NCBI RefSeq assembly: GCF_030028105.1
Contig: NC_092375.1
Location: forward strand, 145,045,035-145,109,034
Direction of reading: 5' to 3'
From: Mobula birostris
Taxonomy: Eukaryota
DNA length: 64,000 nucleotides
Numbering within the stretch: the stretch's first letter is position 1; every line of letters starts with the position of its first letter. The position numbers and the translations under genes are program-made. This document shows positions 61,335 to 64,000 of the stretch, one piece after another. The notes under the pieces were generated by a model. The model was given only the letters and a program-made list of their open reading frames with translations, was not told where the DNA came from and made no database searches.

Positions 61335-62500
61335 AGTCATGGGAGTGTACAGTACAGCAACATACTCTTTGGCCCATCAAGTCCGTGGCCAAACCATTTA
61401 AACTGCCTACTTGAATCAGCCTGCACTGGGACCATAGCCCTCCATACCCCTAACATCCATGCGCCTATCCAAACCGCTCTTAAACATTGAAATTGACCCT
61501 GCATGTACCACTTGTGCTGGCAGCTCGTTCCACAACACCCCCAATCTTGGCGTCATTTACAAAGTTTACTGACCAGTTATCTACATTATCATGCAGATCA
61601 TTGACCATAGATGACAAACAACAATGGACCCAGCACCAATCTCTGCAGCACTCTACTAATCACAGGCCTCCAGTCAGAGAGTCAACCATATGCTACACTC
61701 TCTGAATTCTCCCACAAAGCCAATGTCTAAACTAATTACTACCCCATCTTGAATGCCGAGCAACTGAACCTTCTTGACCAAGCTGCCATGTAGGACCTTG
61801 TCAAATGTCTTTCTATAGTCCATGTAGGACCTTGTCAAATGTCTTTCTATAGTCCATGTAGACAACATCCACTGCCTTGCTTTCATCAACTTTCCTGGTA
61901 ATTCCTTAATAAACTCTAAAATTGTTTACGCATGTACTACTACACAAGAAACTATGTTGACTATTCTTAATTAATCCATGTTTATCCAAATAATCATATA
62001 TCTGGTCCCTCAGAATACCTTCCAATAACTTTCCCAGTATAGATGTTAGACTCACTGGCCTATGATTTCCTGGTTTGTTTTTAGATCCTTTTTTGAATAG
62101 TGGAACAACATTGGCTATCTTCCAATCCTCTGGTACCCCACCTGTCGCTAAGCATGATTTAAATATCTCTGCTTGGGCCCCAGCTGTTTTTTGCATTTGC
62201 ATCCTGCAGGTTCCAAGGGAACACCTTGTTAGGCCGTGGGAATTTATCCTCACTAACTTGCCTCAAGACAGCAAATACCTCCTTCTCCTCTGTTGTCTGT
62301 ACAGGGTCCATGAAGTCAATGGTCCTTTCCTCACTTCAATAGACTGTGTCCATCTCCTGAGAAAATACGGATGCAATACAGATGCATTTAAGATCTCCAA
62401 CATCTCTTTTGGCTCCATGCATGGATTACCATTCTGATCTTCCAGAGGATCCATTTTGTCCCTTGCAATCCTTTTGCTCTTAACATATCTGTAGAATCCA
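61335..62500 (-). mobile_element. CR1 fragments (internally deleted)
   Basis: VPEDWKIANVVPLFKKG, RPVSLTS. Confidence 0.8.
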
Positions 62501-62504
62501 TGAG

Positions 62505-64000
62505 GCCATAAGACATAGGAGCAGAATTAGGCCATTTCGCCCATCAAGCCTGCTCTGCCATTTAATCATGGCTGATCCTTTTTTTTCTCCTCCTCAACCC
62601 CATTTCCCAGCCTTCACATCATAACATTTGATGCCATGTCCAATCAAGAACATATCAATCTCTGCCTTAAATACATTCAACGACCTGGCCTTCACAGCTG
62701 CAAGTGGCAACAAATTCCACAAATTCACCACTCTCTGGTTAAAGAAATTTCTCTGCATCTCTGTTTTGAAAGAGTGCCCCTCTACCCTGAGGCTGTGCCC
62801 TCTTGTCCTAGACTCTCCCACCATGGGGGACATCTATTCCACATCTATTCTGTCTAGTCCTTTCAACATTCAAAAGGTTTCAAGGAGATCCCCCGTCATC
62901 TTTCTAAATTCCATCAAGTACAAACCCTGAGCCATCAGACATTCTTCGTATGATAACCCTGTCATTCCTGGAATCATCCTTGTGAACCTCCTATGGACCC
63001 TCTCCAATGCCAGCACATCCCTTCTAAGATGAGGAGCCCAAAACTGTTCACAATCCTCAAGGTGAGGCCTCACCAGTGCCTTTTAAAATGAATACTAACA
63101 TTGCATTTGCCAACTCAACCTGCAAGTTAACCTTTAGGGTGTTCTGTGCAAGGACTCCCAAGTCCCTCAGATTGTTGGATTTTCTCCCAGTTTAGAAAAT
63201 ATTTCTACTACCAAAGTGCATGACCATACATTTTCCAACATTATATTTCATTTGCCACTTTCTTACCCATTCTCCAAATCTGTCTTAAGTCCTTCTGCAT
63301 CCTACTTGTTTCCTCAACACTACCTGCCCCTCCATCATTCTTCGTATCATCTGCAAACTTGGCAACAAAGCTATCTATTACATCATCTAAATCATTTATG
63401 TACAGCATAAAAAGAAGTGGTCTCATCACCGACCCCTGCTGAACACCACTAGTCACTGGCGGCCAACCAGAAAAGGATCTTTTTATTCCCAATCGCTGCC
63501 TTCTTCCTATCAGCCAATGCTCTAACCATGTTAGTAACTTTCCCGTAATACGATGGGCTCTTAACTTGGTAAGCAGCCTCATGTGTGGCACCTTGTCAAA
63601 GGCATTCTGGAAGTCCAATTATACAACATCCACTGCATCCCCTTTATCTATCGTACTTGTAATCTCCTCAAAGAATTCCAACAGGTTTGTTAAGCAGGTT
63701 TTTCCCTGAAGAAAACCATGCTGACTTTGTACTATCTTGTCCTGTGTCACCAAGTACTCCATCACCTCATCCTTAATTATTGACTCTAACATCTTCCCAA
63801 CCACTGAGGTCAGGCTAACTGGTCTATAATTTCCTTTCTGCTGCCTTCCTCCATCATTAAAGAGTGGAATGACATTTGCTACTTTCCAGTCTTCTGGCAC
63901 CATGCCGGAGTCCAATAATTTTTGAAAGATCATTTCTAATGCTGCCACAATCTCCAATGCTACCTCTTTCAGAAGCCCTTCAAGGTGCAATTCATCTGGT
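62505..64000 (-). mobile_element. CR1 LINE RT to 3' end, runs off the window
   Basis: NYRPVSLTSVVGK, DFQNAFDKVPH, KFADD; same subfamily as 54400-55968. Confidence 0.92.

Noticed and set aside
61786-61861. Perfect 34-bp tandem duplication
   Set aside because: Simple CCATGTAG microhomology slippage inside a dead CR1.

Overview
Vertebrate nuclear DNA, very likely elasmobranch (shark or ray), inferred from the repeat complement: CR1/HER1-type LINEs, HE1/V-SINEs, Penelope-like elements, and Tc1 and hAT fossils. Most of the window is nested transposon debris and nearly all ORF-track entries are repeat fragments or noise. Main structures: (1) A young, complete class I (gamma/epsilon-like) endogenous retrovirus at 34077-41667 (-). 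It has 596-bp LTRs about 98% identical, an ATGC TSD, an in-frame deletion of all RT and most RNase H, a non-canonical TA...CA LTR, and a near-open env. (2) A second, much older provirus at 20396-28609 (-) that the ORF track misses. It has two LTRs, a tRNA-Gln PBS, a PPT, and integrase and env-TM remnants, fragmented by later insertions. (3) A family of Penelope-like 3' ends carrying minimal hammerhead ribozymes, which repeatedly inserted as fold-back hairpins with 13(-15)-bp TSDs. (4) A CpG-rich promoter with a probable signal-peptide first exon of an unidentified host gene at 45796-45861 (+), followed by a deeply nested TE cluster. All identities and counts were made by eye; no database search was possible.
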